DNA from: Cycas panzhihuaensis
Lineage: Eukaryota; Plantae; Cycadophyta
NCBI GenBank assembly: GCA_023213395.1
Contig: CM041465.1
Span: 95,549,741-95,613,740, forward strand
Direction: 5' to 3'
DNA length: 64,000 nt
In this document: piece by piece, positions 26,150-40,500 of the stretch
How the letters are laid out: each line of letters opens with the position of its first letter
Numbering within the stretch: position 1 is the stretch's first letter
The notes under the pieces: model-generated
Told to the model about the DNA's origin: nothing
The model's database searches: none
What the model saw: only the letters and a program-made list of their open reading frames with translations
Translations under genes and position numbers: made by a program

Positions 26150-29100
26150 AGCTACCTATGAAACTATCAAAACTTCATCCTTTGCAGTAGTTTAGTGAAG
26201 ATATCAGCCACTTGATCTATTATAGGACAGTACTCTAGTTGAATTGTGCCATCATAAACTAGTTCTTAAATCCTATGGACTTTTGTACTTATGTGTTTGG
26301 TACAATTATAAAATACATGATTTTTTATCATGTGGATTGCTAATTGATTATCTATACGAAAGCTAGTATGACTTGTTTGGGTGATATTGAATATTTCTAA
26401 TCATTTCCTAAGCCATATCACCTCCTTGCTAGTCTCAGAAGTAGTAATATATTCAGTTTCGATAATTGAATTAGTAACTATCTTCTACTATCTAGATATC
26501 CATGATATTGGTGATGTTCTAAGAAACATTATATACCTAGATGTGGATCTCCTTGTGTCTTTATCTTTGGCAAAGTTTGAGTCTATGTATGTATATAGTT
26601 TAAACTATAAATTAGATTCATATAATAGACCATATTTATTGGTTGTCTTAAGGTACCTCAACACTCATATTACTATCTTTTAGTTATTTTACTTATGATT
26701 TTTCATATAACGAGTAAGAATGCTGATAGAGTATGTAATATTAGGTCTTGTATTAGTAGTATATATAAGACTACCTACAAGTTACTTATAAAGTGTTACG
26801 TTCACCTCTCTATCATCACCATCAATTGTTAGTTTGACATTGGGTTATATTAGAGTGGCTATAGTTCAAGCATCTTCCAATAGAAACTTTGTTAGAAAAT
26901 TATTGATGTACTTTTCTTGAGAAAGAAAGTTTTTGTCATCTTTCTAAGTGACTTCAATCCCTAAGTAGTATTTCATCAACCCAAGGTTAGATAGTTTGAA
27001 TATTTTATCTAAGTCCTTCTTTAGTTGGTTGATTGTCTATTCATTGTTTCCCAATGTAAGCATATTATCCATAAAGATTAAGAGACAAGTGACTTTATAT
27101 TTTTGGCATTTGATGAATAGTGTTGCATCAATATCTTGGTACTCATAAACCTCATATCTAAGTTACCTTATTCTTTCTGATAACTTAGTGAACTAAGTAC
27201 GAGGGGCTTGTTTAAGGCCATATAAGGACTTTTTGAACCTGCACACTTTATGCTTTAGACAAGTAATCTCAAATCTTTCATGTTGAGCCATATAGATTTC
27301 TTATTCAAGATCACCATTAAGAAATGTAGTTTTTACATTGAGCTAGTAAATCTTCTAGCCATGTTGAGTTACCAAGACCACAAGAGTTCTAATTGTAGGC
27401 CACTTAGTTGTAGGTGTAAATACTTTAGTGTAGTTGATCCCTTTGCTACCAACCTTACCTTATGTTTTTTAAGGGTGTTATCAGATCTATATTTATCTTT
27501 ATACATCCATTTATTTTAAACTACCTTTCTTCTAAGTGGTAGATTAATGAGCTCCTATGCACCATTTTTTATAAGAGATTGATACTTTTCATTCATGGAA
27601 TTCCTCTAAGTTATATGTTTTACAACTTCTTGATACAAGATGGGCTCTTCATTGAGAGCAAGATGCACTTCTATTGGTTCTAACTCAATAAAAAATAATT
27701 CTTTTATCTTGGCTCTATAGGCACTTTGAGTGCTAATTTTGCCCACTGCATCAGGTGGTATATCCTTATTTATTTAGCAGACTTCATGAGAAAGTCAAGT
27801 TAGGAATGAAGTCTTCATTTATCCAACTATATAGTCTTTATTTGGATCAAAAAAAGGATCATTTTACATATTTGTTGAGGAGGATGTTGACGTATTTGGG
27901 GAGCATGATCCATCTGCCACTGCTTTGCCTTTGTTAACTCTGTTATTCTCAAATGGTGGTGCATGATGTGTACTCATTGTTTGAGATTCATAGCTACTAT
28001 CCTCTATGGCTCTATTGTTAGATTCTAATAGTTTGAGTAACTCTTGAGTGTCTCCCCTCCCAAATTTTAAAATCTATACATCATATTGAGTAGCATCATA
28101 ATAATAGTAGTTTGGTATTTGGGTGTCTAATTATAATAATTGATCCTATGTTTTAGCAAATACCATATCTTTGGTGACAATAATCTTCTGTTATGAAGGT
28201 ATAAAGACCTTGTACCTTTTCTTATCTATAGAGTAGCCAACAAAGATGCCTTTAAGTGTCTTAGGTTGGAGTTTATTTCTATCTCCATCCAATATATAGG
28301 CATAACATGTTGAGCCAAATATTTTGAAGTGGTAGGTAGTGGGGGCTTTTCCAATCTACTTTTCATTGAGAGAAGTTCCTCCTTTAGATGGGCTGATAGC
28401 ATTCATGTAATAAATAACTATCCAAATTGCTTTTGCACATAGGTAAGTAGGTACATTTTTATAAACTAACATAGCTCAAGCCATATTCATAATAGACCTA
28501 TTCATGCACTTGGCAACTCCATTCTATTAGGGGGTGCCTGCCATTGTAGTATGATGCTTGATGTCATTGTCTCATAGATAGGTTTCAAACTTAATAGAGG
28601 TATATTCTCCACCATTATCTGTTTGAAAACACTTAATCTGATAACCTGAATCCTTTTCAGTATGAGCTTTAAAAGCTTTAAAAACATAAAATACCTCATC
28701 TTTCTTGGCTAGAAAATCCACCTACACTTTCTTAGTAAAATTATCAATGAAAGATATGTAATATAATTTTTACTTCAATGATAGAATGGGAATTGGTCTA
28801 TATAGATTAGAGTGTGCCAATTGAAGAGGATAACTTGATTTCCACTAATTATCAACAAAGGGTTATTTATGAGATTTGGCTATGATACATGCTTCACATT
28901 TAAAGGGCTTGGAGGAGAACTTGGGTAGACCTAGAAGGGTATGACAAAGATCTCTAAGTTGATTGATATGAACATGGCCTATATGAGCATGCCAAAGAGC
29001 TTCTAGGGACAACTTAGGGTGTGTTAAAATAGTATTAAAAGTAAAATCTTCATCAACACAAGGGCTTCAAGTATAATTAGTTTCAAAAGATGGGGATTCA

Positions 29101-30570
29101 TTCAACTTAAATAATTTTCCAGTAAGCTTTCTAGTCAAGACCACTCACTTTGTTAGAGGGTGAATGACCTGGAGAGTTTTGTCATTTACGATAACACTAA
29201 GATCAAATCCACATGAGACAAGAGTGTATAAGGAGAGTAGGTTTTGTTTTAGATTAGTAATGCACAAGACATCAAGTAATGTAAAGTATATTAAGCCTAG
29301 GAGTTTTAGGTGTATGTTTTTAATACCTTCGACTAGTTGTTGGGATTTGTTAGCCATGTGAATGACACCATATATATTGGAATCAAAAGTTTGATATAGA
29401 TCATGATTACAGGTCATATGTTGTATCACTCCTATATTCATGATCCATGAGGAGGTGTTTGAAGTTATACTACTTACAACTCCAAGAGGGGTTTGCATTG
29501 GTGATTCTAGATCACAAGTGGCATAGCCATAATGAGCTTCAAAATCCCTCTTAGTTTGATCAATGGTTCTTCCCTCAAGTCTTTGAATGTGTGCTTCAGA
29601 AAAACCTATGCCAAACTATTCTTCATATGTTTCATCAACATTGTGAACCTTGTATTTTTATTGAAACTTAGGCAACTTATATATAGGTATACAACAATCC
29701 TTTGTAAGATGTCCTTTCCTATTGCACCTTTCACACATGATAATCTAATTTCTAATTTCTAAAGTATTAGTTTGTCCTGATTATCTTGCATTAAAAGGTG
29801 GTGCTTAGTCTTGAGACTGTCTAGGCTATTATTGTTGAGGGTTCTATTGCGTTTGTGGCTGATTTCCTCTACCTTGTCCTATACCCCTTGGTTGATTACT
29901 TCCTCTACCATGAGAGAGACCTTAATTCTTTGAGAAGAATACTTCTTCTTCCATGTCAAAAGTTGCATCTATAAGATGATCTAAAGTTGTAAAATTAATA
30001 TCAAAAGTCTTATTAAATTCTATAAACTTCTCTATAAGAGCTTTAAAGTTATGTGTCTTTAATATTCTACTTGATTGAAGACTCCTAGGCAAGTTCTTAT
30101 AATTATGTATATGTATACAAGACTATATGAGGAATGCCTACATAATACATTGGACCTTAAAATCTTTGTTTATTTCTTATTTGATTGGTTGAAGGAGGTT
30201 AATTATTTCATGTGTATATCCCTTTTGCATCTTCATCTTGTACATCTTTAAGACTAGATAAATAAATTCAAGGTTAGACTTTGCATCAAAATTCTTGCTA
30301 AGAACCTCAAGGACTTTCCAGGCTGTATCGTATTATTCTTCGTTAATTAAATTATGTAGGGAGTGATCAATAACTAATATAATACTTATACAAATCTTCT
30401 CATCATCAATCTCCCATTGTAATTTAATTGTAGGATTTGCTGGAGCTATAGGTGGCATTCCTCTATAGGCAAGCATTGTTGTTATCGTAAGAATGATAGA
30501 CGTATGCTATATAGGCTTTCCAAAGGCCTTTATACTTAGCAACATTCTTGACTCTAGTATACTATAGATC
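26150..30570 (-). pseudogene. Copia C gag-PR-INT-RT-RH polyprotein, disrupted
   Basis: Protease SSWIMNIGVIQHM (ORF 29145-29498). Integrase ~28150-28850. RT ~26600-27640. RNase H ending QVADIFTK at ~26195-26218. Confidence 0.9.
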
Positions 30571-31774
30571 CTAATTATCTTTCCCCTTTAAGATGCAGTT
30601 TACATTCTGCTTAAATTGAGAAGATATGGTGAAGATGATGAAGTAAAAGAGATAGTGAAGAAATAGTAAATGAAAATGCCACTGACACATGTGATTAATA
30701 CACCTAGCATAATAGGGAGAACTATGATTAAGTAGCAAGCAATGATAATAGCCCACCAACATTTATGGAAAATGCTCCTGACGTAACAGGGTATGATGAT
30801 ATATACAAATGGTAATATAAGGAGATCACAAAGATAAATAATATATCATGTGATCATAAAATCAAGATTATACCCATTTAGAAGCTGACATGTGGGTGTA
30901 TACAACTAAAAACTAAGACTTATATAGGATGTGTGATCAAACCTAAACCTTTATCTCAAGTCCAAATTAATTGAGGTGTCGATGCCTAATAGGGCTTCTA
31001 GTATACATATTAAGGCCTTTACATATAATACCTACACCTATGTTAGGTGATGAAATCCAAGTCACATTGGAGCCTAAGTACTTCTAATCCTTACCCAGTT
31101 CATTAATGAACAACTATATACCTCCTCTAAAGAGTCAAATGATATATGTATATCCCATGGCTATGATAAATATTAGACCAGGTATATTTTAATGTTGATT
31201 AAAGTTTTCAGTTTTTTTGAGTGGTTATCAAGATTATCCCTGATTGAAGGTTGTACGTATGACTAACCTATCTCTCTACCACTATTCTGGTTAAGACCAG
31301 ACCTAGTATAAAATTCACACCTCCCTTAGCACCTAGACTTTAGCCAATCATGGTTTATTTCAACTAAGGAAAATGTGTATACAAGTCAAGAACTAGTGGT
31401 ATAAGTCGTATGGATGAGATTCCTTTTAGGAAATAATACAAATTATTTCTGAATAACTTGAACTAAAAATTGAAATAGAAAGATGTCAAATATGCTTGCT
31501 TGCCTTCCATGCTTACTTTGTTGTTATTATTCTTTTATGTGTTACTTTATGCTATATGTGGAAATAGAAAGAGCATGCTAGATTTAGTAGGGGAACCAGA
31601 TGTTGCTTCCAATTAAAGGTTTCTCTTACTTTAGTACAATGGTTTTTTTGATAAGGTAAAATAATATTGAAGGGGTTTTAACTAGGTCCTCAAACCTTGT
31701 ACATCTAGGCCCAACGGCTTAGGAAAGATGACCATGATAGGCCCATGGTCTAGCCTAAATTAAAAAGATTCCTC

Positions 31775-34700
31775 TCAACCTCCCTTATCTGCCTCCCCAA
31801 TATGTGCGTCAAACCTTACCAGTCTCAGTAGCTCTTCCAGGTAGTCCTCCTTCCAAACCTTAGTTCTTTTATTTGTCACAGCCCAATTTGCCAGCTAGTC
31901 TGCTACCGAATTCCCTTCCCTGTAGGTGTGCTGGATCTAGACACCAATTTTGGAACTCAGAACATCTTGTACATCTCTAATAATATCTATACTATCCCAC
32001 CTAGGATCCGCTTCCCCCCTTAAACATTTTATCACATACATGGAATCGCCTTCTATGATCACCTTCTATACTCCCTCCTCATCCATCAGAGCTATCGCCC
32101 TTTACATGGCCCACACCTCTATTTTTTTATTTGATTAGAAACCTAAATACTCCATGAAATCCCAATTCAAATTCCCCATATCATCCCTATAGAGTCCTCC
32201 CCCACCTACCTCTCTAGGATTACCTTTGGTAGTACCATCAAAGTTAATTTTTTCCCAGGTTATATCTGGAGGGCTCCATTTGATTGTGCTTCTCCTCTCT
32301 CTATCGCCCTTCGAAAGACCTATTCCCCATTCCTCAAGGATGCCTTCTTCCCCCTTGGGGATCCTATCCTCCTTTGGGTGAATCAACATTTCTAAAATAC
32401 CCTTCTTGATTTTAGTGAGCAAAATCGCACTGTCTGTCTCTTTACTCTAAAAAATTCTCCTGTTGCGCTCTTTCCAGATATTTTAAGAGCCCACCAGGAG
32501 GATTATCTTCCAAAGGCTAGCAAGCATTTTACTCTTAAATGGAGAATCCCAAGCTATCCACTGATCTTTTAGTGATTTAGATGAAACCCAAACTAAACCC
32601 AGCCTGGACCAAATTTTGTTCTAGATTCCTATAGCATAGGGGCAATGAATACAAAGGTGGTCCAGGGTCTCAGCTTTCGCCTTACATAGAATGCACCTAT
32701 TCACCAACTGGAAGCCCTACTTCAAGAGGTTATCTGTTGTTAGGATTTTGTTTCGTAAGCATAACCACAAAAAAGTGGCGATCTTTGGGAGAAGCCCCAT
32801 CTTCCAAACCCCAGCCAGTAAGTCATTCCTAGCCTAGCCTTCCCTATTCATCATTAGATTATAACCTTCTTTAATCGTATATGAACCCTTTAATGAAAGG
32901 GGCCAAATCAGAGTGTCAAGAGAGGACTGCTTCGGAATGTACTGGTTTTCTAAAACCACCTTCACTCTATGAATCTCCTCCTCAAGACCTTGCAGCTCCT
33001 CAAATGATCTCCATTGTCTATCCTTATCCTGCCCCACCTAGTAATGCTTGACAAGATACCTAAAGCTATTCTCACAAACCCTCTTCAGGGTGCCAATATT
33101 TGGCATCTCCTCTAATTTAAAGTGTTCGCACCATTTGTCTTCCCAGAACCTTATACTTTCTCCGTCCTCTAATCTCCAACGTATTCCTTCTCGCAAGAAG
33201 GAGTGTGTAGACCAAATGGCCCTCTATATAGGGGAGCCCTCGAGGCAAAACTCCTCATTCATCAGGAAAGGTTTATCCCTTAAGTATTTCCTTGCTATGA
33301 TTCTCCCCCAGACCAAACCAGCTTCTTTGGTAAGTCTCCATCCCATCTTGGCTAAAAGATCTTCGTTAAAAAGGCCCAGCCTTCTAATATTAAGTCCTCC
33401 TGCCCACTTAGGCTTACAAACCTTCTCCCATGATACTGGATGGATTCTCTTTTTATCTTCAGGCCCAGACCAAAGAAATCTCTTCATAATGCCCTCCAAT
33501 GTAGAAATAACCTTGCCTGGCATCTTAAATACAGTCATTTGATAAACTAGAATGCTCTGAAGAGAGGCCACCACTAACTAAATTTTCCCAGCCTAGCTAA
33601 GAAATACCCCTTTCCATCCTACCAGTTTCTTATTGAATCTACTCACAATGGGGTCCCATAGATTCTTCCCCATCTTACCCACGAAGAGAGGCATACCCAG
33701 ATATGAGGCAGAAAGGGGTCTTCTGGAGATCTCTATAACCCTACTGATCCTTCTCTGTTGCCTCTCCGTTGTGTTGATAAAGAAGATTGAGCTCTTATCC
33801 AGGTTGATTCTTTGGTTGGTAGCCCTTTCATATGCTTGAAGACCTACTTTTAAGGCCCTGGCCTCCCCCAGGGAGGCCCTGCACTGAAAGATGTTATCGT
33901 CAACAAACTGGTGATGCACAATATTATCCAAATTGGAAGATGCCTTCAGGCCTATTATCCACCCTATCCGCTGGGCCTCCATTATAGCCCTCCTTAACAA
34001 TTCTACCATGATAATAAAGAGGAAGGGAGAGAGGGGATCACCTTGTCTTAAACCACTGGATCTGGAAAAGAAAGGTGTTGACTACCCATTTATAATCACC
34101 GAAAAAGAAACCCTAGATATGTAACATCTCAGCCAATCCCTCCAAACCTCCCCAAAACCAAATGCCTCTAGGCAGTCCAACAGATAGTCCTAGTCCACCC
34201 AGTCGTAGGCCTTAGACATATCTATTTTAATTATCATACCTGCTTCCTTGCGATGAAGAGTTGAGTGCAGGGTTTCGTGGATAGTAATTATACCATTCGT
34301 AATTTGTCTTCCCTTGACAAATCCATCTTGATTTGAAGAAATGATTGTCAGAAGGGTCTCCCTGAGATGGTTTGCTAATACTTTAGCCAAAATCTTATAT
34401 TTTACATTACAGAGGCTAATCGGTCTAAAATCTTCCATCATTTCCGCTCCCTCCTTCTTCGGGATCAAGACTAGAAAGGTAGCCTGCCACTCTTTCAGAA
34501 TTGTTCGCCTGAGAAAGAATTCATTTAATACCAATATTAAGTCATCCTTGATAATCTCCCAGTATACTTGAAAAAATCCAAGAGGAAACCCATCCAGCCC
34601 TGGGGCCTTATCCCTACCCATTTTGAATAAGGCATTCTTGACTTCTTCTTGAGAAAAGGGTTCTGTTAGTTTACTGTTAAGAGCCTCAGAGATCACTTTC

Positions 34701-35983
34701 AGAATGTGTTGCATAAGTTTAGCCCTTAGGTCAAGATCCTGACATCTAGGTTCTGCATATAACTCCTTGAAGTATTCCAATGTAATTCCACCAAACTGAT
34801 CCTCTGACTCATGCATTACCCCATCCCTGCTTTGAAGTTTACTGATCCTATTATGAGCCTTGTGCTTCAAGGTGGACAGATGGAAGAACTTAGTATTTCT
34901 ATCCCCCTCCTTTATCCACTGCTCTCTAGATTTCTGTTTCCAGAGGATTTCCTCCCTAGCCATCACCTCTTCTAATTTCCTGTTGGCGAAATATTCAGTT
35001 TGATCCAAATCCTGGGTCCTTCCTTCTAGTTGGATCCTATCCTCGATCCCGTTTAGCTCCGTCAACAAGGCACCTTTGACTTCAAAGATGTTTCCAAAGA
35101 CCTCCCTATTCTAGATCTTGATTTGTTGTTTAATCTAATTCAACTTCTTCGAAAACATAAACATGGCACAGCCATGAACTGGGACTCCCCACCACTCACC
35201 AATCCTCCCTCTAAGGTCCACGTGCTTTTGCCATATAAGTTGAAAACGGAAGGAGGCCCCTTTATGATTACCTGGGATGGACCCCTCAAGAACTAGGGGA
35301 GAGTGGTTTAAACCAGATTTCGGTAGAGCCTCTAATTTAGTTCCTTCAAAGTGACAGGACCATTCGTAGTTTGTTAGCATCCTGTCTAATCTGCATTGAA
35401 TGTGATTATATCCTAACTGCCTGTTGGACCAGGTATACTTAGCTCCCCTAAGAGGAATGTCCATCAGGCCTCCCAATTGCAAGAACTCTCCAAGATCATA
35501 CATGCTTCTAGTCCAACTAGTATGGCCCCCTATCTTCTCTTCTGGGCTTAGGGGAGAATTGAAATCCCCCACCACCAACCAGGGGCCATCCCAATCTTTA
35601 TGGGCCTCCACCAATCTTTCTCATAATCTCTTCTTACCCTCAACTGAAGTGGGGGCATAAACATTAGTGATCTAATACTCCTTATTAGTCTATATACAAA
35701 CCAAACCTAAGGTTATGAAGTACTCATTCATGCCCACCTCATAGCCTTTCCACTTATTTGAGTTCCATAGGGAGGCCAACCCCCCAGAGCCTACCGACCC
35801 TACGACCTCCCTCCCATCTCCTCTTCTCTAGATCTTGTTGAACACCTCTCTTTTCTTAGCCTGATCCAATTTTGTCTCCTGCAAAAGGACAAGATCCGTG
35901 CCTATCCTAATCCTCAATTCCTTTACCAATCTCTGCTTTGATGGGGCATTGAGGCCCCCAATATTCTAGGATAAAACCTTCAT
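31775..35983 (-). pseudogene. LINE ORF2: APE endonuclease, RT, zinc finger, RNase H
   Basis: Start MKVLS*NIGGLN at 35983. GDFN/LDRML (ORF 35135-35614). KAPGLDGF, FRPISLCN, KIDMSKAYD (34190-35068). QFVDD (33593-34009). RNase H NFDGTTKGNP (32135-32422). Confidence 0.95.
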
Positions 35984-35999
35984 GGATATCTTGGAGCTC

Positions 36000-37581
36000 C
36001 TCCCCTCATCCTTTCCTGCTTCTGAGGATAGGGCCCTCTAGCGCTCCCCCTCCTTTAACGTACTCTGATATCCTATGTCGATCTGAGCCTATGTTTCCTT
36101 TTCTTTGGTTGCCTTTTTAGGCGGTCTTCCCACCTTCTTTTCTATCCCATAGTCTGGAGCCTTCCTTAGATCCAGCATATTACCTTTTGAGACCCATTTT
36201 CATGTCCCACCTCCTCCCTTATCTGGATCTACACTTTTGACCCTGGTTCCAGTAGCTCCTTGCCACGATACCTACCGCCTCCTCTTGGTTGCTCCTAAGG
36301 TTCCCCCTCTTCTATCTCTGATAAGTAACCCTCTAAATCCCAGTTAATGTTCTTCACAATCTGAGCCAGAGCCAGCTCCATGCCTATAGGGGATAAATCC
36401 CTACCCCTAGCCATCTGACTAGCAATCTTTGTTTGATCCTTAGAAGCCTATGCCAGCAATCCCTGATCCAAGCATGGTGCAGGTCCCGTGTTTCTAATAA
36501 TCTCTACACCTTTAGTTTCTCCCCTTCTAACCTCTGATTTTGCTGTTTCCTTGCCACCATCTTCCTAAACTACCTTGTCTATCAATATCTCCCTAGCTTT
36601 TGCTTTATCTATGGGGCATACCGAAGCGAAGCCTGATTCCTAGACCATTACCTGGCCCATCTCACTATGGGGCTTACCATCATCATCGATTGACTTTATA
36701 CCTCTAGATGCCTCTGTTCCTTCACCAAGTTCATTTCTATCCACATCCTTACTTAACCTTTCGATACCTATTGATGATGCCTCCTCCCTGATTATTTCTA
36801 CTTCTCCATCTTCTTTCTCTTTACATTCTTCCTGCTTATCTATCCTTATTGGAATCCCTGGGCATTGAAAGAGGAGATGCCCCCTGCTCTTACACTTTGC
36901 ACATCTAAAACCCTCCACTTTATAAAATAAACATTGAATGATAGATCTTCCATCCGACTCAATCTCAACCTCGTCTAGGAGCTCACTATCGAGCCTAGCT
37001 AGAATGCAAAATCTAGCATTCACCAATCTGGATCTATGTTTTGTTGTTGAGTCCATAGCTAGTAAAGGCTTGATCATCTTGGCCACCCCTTTTACCATCT
37101 CTGGGTTCTAGAAGTGCAAAGGGAGCCCTAGCATCTGCACCCAAACTGGGGCTTGTTTTACCATAGGAATGCTAGGGTCAAAATCTGGATGCCACTTCTC
37201 CAGAGATATGGCCTTTCTCCTGAACATCCATGGGGATTTTAGAAGGATGGGGATCAGATCCTCTTGGTTAGCAAACCTAAAGAGGACACATCCCTTTGGC
37301 ATTGACATAACCTGAACCGGGTTTCTAGTTTTCCACTTATTTCTGATCCACTCTCTGATGGTGTCCAATCCTGGTTTAGGACCCAGAAACCTGCCCACCA
37401 GGCTATTTTACCAATATTGTATGGTCTTTTTAGTTACCTCTTTTAGAATCAAAATTTTAAATTGGTTTCCAATCTTGACAGGGTAAATTTCATGTTCTTC
37501 ATGGTTTCTATTCCTCAATACGTCTAGGTAGGTCCTCCCCATGGGTAAGGACTGAGACTGGTTTGGTGATATTTGCATCAT
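36000..37581 (-). pseudogene. LINE ORF1 (DUF4283 + zinc knuckle)
   Basis: ORFs 37108-37398 (GRFLG...APVWVQMLGLPLHF) and 36640-37098 (CAKCKSRGHLLFQC). ATG at 37581. Confidence 0.9.
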
Positions 37582-40500
37582 TTAGAAAGCAGAAAAAACT
37601 TACAAAAAACTGTAAAAACTACATAGACTCACCACTAATTTAAACCTACAAATCTCTGTATAAACTTGCCCCCTTTCTATCTTGGCTCTCTGCCTCCTTG
37701 AGATTTTTGGAATACCGAGCTTAGACAGATAAGTTCCTTCTTTGGCTGAAGTGCCTATGGCATCAAACCCTTTGTAGAGAATGCTGAGTTATGTCTGGGG
37801 CCACTCAGATCTGACTGCTTGTGGAATCACCGTGCCCTTATGGAGTTGTAAAGTCGTGTCTCTTCCTGTTCTCTTTGTCGCCTGGATTTCTTGCTGGAAG
37901 AACTCCACCCTACCACTATCCTTGCTCTTAAACCCATGACCCACCCTAGCCAGGGTTACTTACCCTTCACCGTCGCCTCTCCTTCCAACTCATCTTCCTC
38001 CATTTGCCTCAAAGAACTGGTACATCTGGCTGTCTTTCCTATCTCGAAGAAGCCTAGATCCTTCCATGGCCTTACGCCATCATAGATACCATCTGGGAGG
38101 ACCCCCCCCCTCACCTTTAACCCTGTTCCCTGCAAACCCTAGTCGTTAGGTCTGTGAATACACAGAGCCATTTGTCTCTTCGCAGATCTATTCAGATCTC
38201 TAGTAATATACTTTAGTACAATGTTTCTAAATATATTTTTTAGAAATTTTAATACAAAAGCCATAAAGGGTAAAAAAATAATTCAAATTTTTACTAAAAT
38301 ATTAATTTTTCTAAATCTAGATACATATTATTTTACCTTATTTTATAATTTTTTTCTCACAAAATTTATAAATAATAATAAATAGGCGAAATTTTCTAAA
38401 AATTACAAACATAGAGGCCTAAATGATGGAATTTGAATGTATGATAGAAGAAAAAAGCATTCAAAATATCATTTCTAATAATATAATAAAGTTAGATTTC
38501 TAAAAAGGCATAATTTTTTTTTTGCCCAAAAAAAAACACAAAAATAGAATCTTGCCAGATTCACTATCTCAGAATCCAAACTTCAATATGTCAAAAGATT
38601 TATCTTAATATGTATATTAACTTTTCCTTCCATATCATCTCAAAACATGGACAAAAGGCTATCTAAAACAGCTTTGCAACATTTTATATGGGGTTGAGTA
38701 GGTATATTCAACATCTATCAGAAAACTGCAAAGATCTCATTAACTAATGGATGAAATTTGATGATATTCATCTCAAAATATTCCTGAGATATAAATCTAC
38801 TAGATCTCTTAAAAAGACTTTCAAATTTTTAGCTCATATTTAAAGGATTTCATTTGAGAAAAGTATCCTAGGTTACTCATCTATAAAATTTGACATTTTA
38901 TTTTAGCCAAAACTAGTTGTTGTAACCAGAATTTGAAGCTACTCTAGAAGAAAAAAAATGATCCTCTTGGCAAGGTGACCTTACACATCAAATTTCATTA
39001 AAATCTGATATGGTCAAAATTTTTATAAAATTTTAGGCCTTCAATGCTTTTGAGGTTGTTTCAGCAACTAAATGACTTCAAAAATTTATTTTTTTCACTT
39101 TTGAAATTTTGCACACATGGAAAACATAGCAACATACAAAATAATATAATTTTAAGCTCTTTAATATAAAAGAAAGTTCTTAAATAAGCTCTCAACCTTA
39201 TATGTGTGAATGAGAGGTATTAATGGCTCCATACAAGCCTAGTGGGGAAATGTGGCTAATAATGGCTCTAATACCAGTTGTTGGGTGAAGGATATAGTTA
39301 CTACACTCTAATATACTAAAACAATAGCACATAGTAAGAGAAAAATAAAGAGAATAAGATTGAGAGCAAAAATAAGAGGTGAGAATTATAACTCTCCCTT
39401 TTACATCCAGCCTTATATATCAGAGGATATGTATTAGGGTTTCCAAAGGAGTTTCTTACCTAAGGACATGATCCTAAAATTACACTTAAATATAAATGAA
39501 ATTACATTTAACTATGTGACTTAACTAACCTAAAGTCACTTTCATATAATTAATCTATTAACCTTGATGCATTAACATTCATCAATGTCTTCATATCTAT
39601 TAGATCCTATAACCTATATTAAATCTATATTTGTATTAGTTTATAATAATTTATAACCTGTGTCATCACTTGTAACATGTAAATTTGTCATCCATTAAAC
39701 TTATCTTCTTTAAGCATTATTATGTAAAACTTTTAATCAATCTATATATAGTAAATGTACAGTCATCTATAATCAACAATGACTAATTATAAATAACCAA
39801 CCTATAAAAATATAAATGAATCATTTATCAACTAATAACATCAACCAATAATATTAACCAATATATGAAGTATTTTCTTGAACATCTTTATATCTTCACT
39901 TATAAAGATGATATCAAATATTATCTATTCATCAATTATCAATATTCTTATAAATAAAAAATAATTATTGATATCCATATAAAATAGTAACCATCTACTA
40001 AAATACATTGGTAACTAATCATCATAATAACTAGTTTTATAGAATATGCTTCTTGTACATGGTTCATTAACAACTAAGAGTAGCATAAAATATTTCTCAC
40101 CTCTTATATATGAGATTAATAACATAATTTATGGGTTGTACAAGAGTAGTATTATTTATCTTACCTCTTGCATATAGAAAAATATTTTATGTACTACCTT
40201 CATTACATTTTTGCATATATATATCTTTCTTTTAGTAATAATATAAGTCATCATTGTCAACAAATCATAAAATATACTAACTCCAAGAACAAGCTAAACT
40301 ACTTGGCTAAGATAAGCTAGTCATAATAAGGTAATATAAATTGTGTATTTTCATACTTTTCTTCATAGATAATGAATCAAATTTCTCAATGATAAATAAT
40401 TTTGATATCAACTAGATAACCTCAACAATTATTATTAGTTGGATAAACTCAACAGCTAATTGGTATGTCAAGTAATCAATGTATAAGACTTTTCCTCTTT

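Larger units (their letters stand above)
31642..38208 (-). mobile_element. Near full-length L1-type LINE (~6.6 kb) in the leader of copia C
   Basis: 15-bp TSD TACTTTAGTACAATG at 31627-31641 and 38209-38223. Short poly(T) at 31643-31649. ORF1 and ORF2 remnants present. Confidence 0.95.
25391..39584 (-). mobile_element. Full-length decayed Ty1/copia element C nested in B
   Basis: LTRs 25391-25693 and 39279-39584. Perfect TSD ATGTC (25386-25390, 39585-39589). PBS reverse complement GCTCTAATACCA 39265-39276. PPT reverse complement ATCCCCCTCTT after 25693. Confidence 0.95.

Noticed and set aside
33048-35660. Plus-strand ORFs of 63-164 aa (also 10840-11253 and 61325-61573)
   Set aside because: Antisense shadows of LINE ORFs.
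35975-35990. ATGA stop/start overlap between LINE ORF1 and ORF2 (also at ~60697-60700)
   Set aside because: The ORF1 frame near the junction cannot be fixed because of indels, and the two copies disagree.
38224-39200. A/T-tract-rich segments (also ~14500-15400, ~41300-41850, ~63650-64000) as a satellite or array
   Set aside because: No repeat unit can be defined by eye. Typical of plant LTR element leaders.
39279-39330. Internal PBS-like ACTCTAATATAC in the copia C LTR
   Set aside because: Only 7/12 match and not supported by the other LTR copy.
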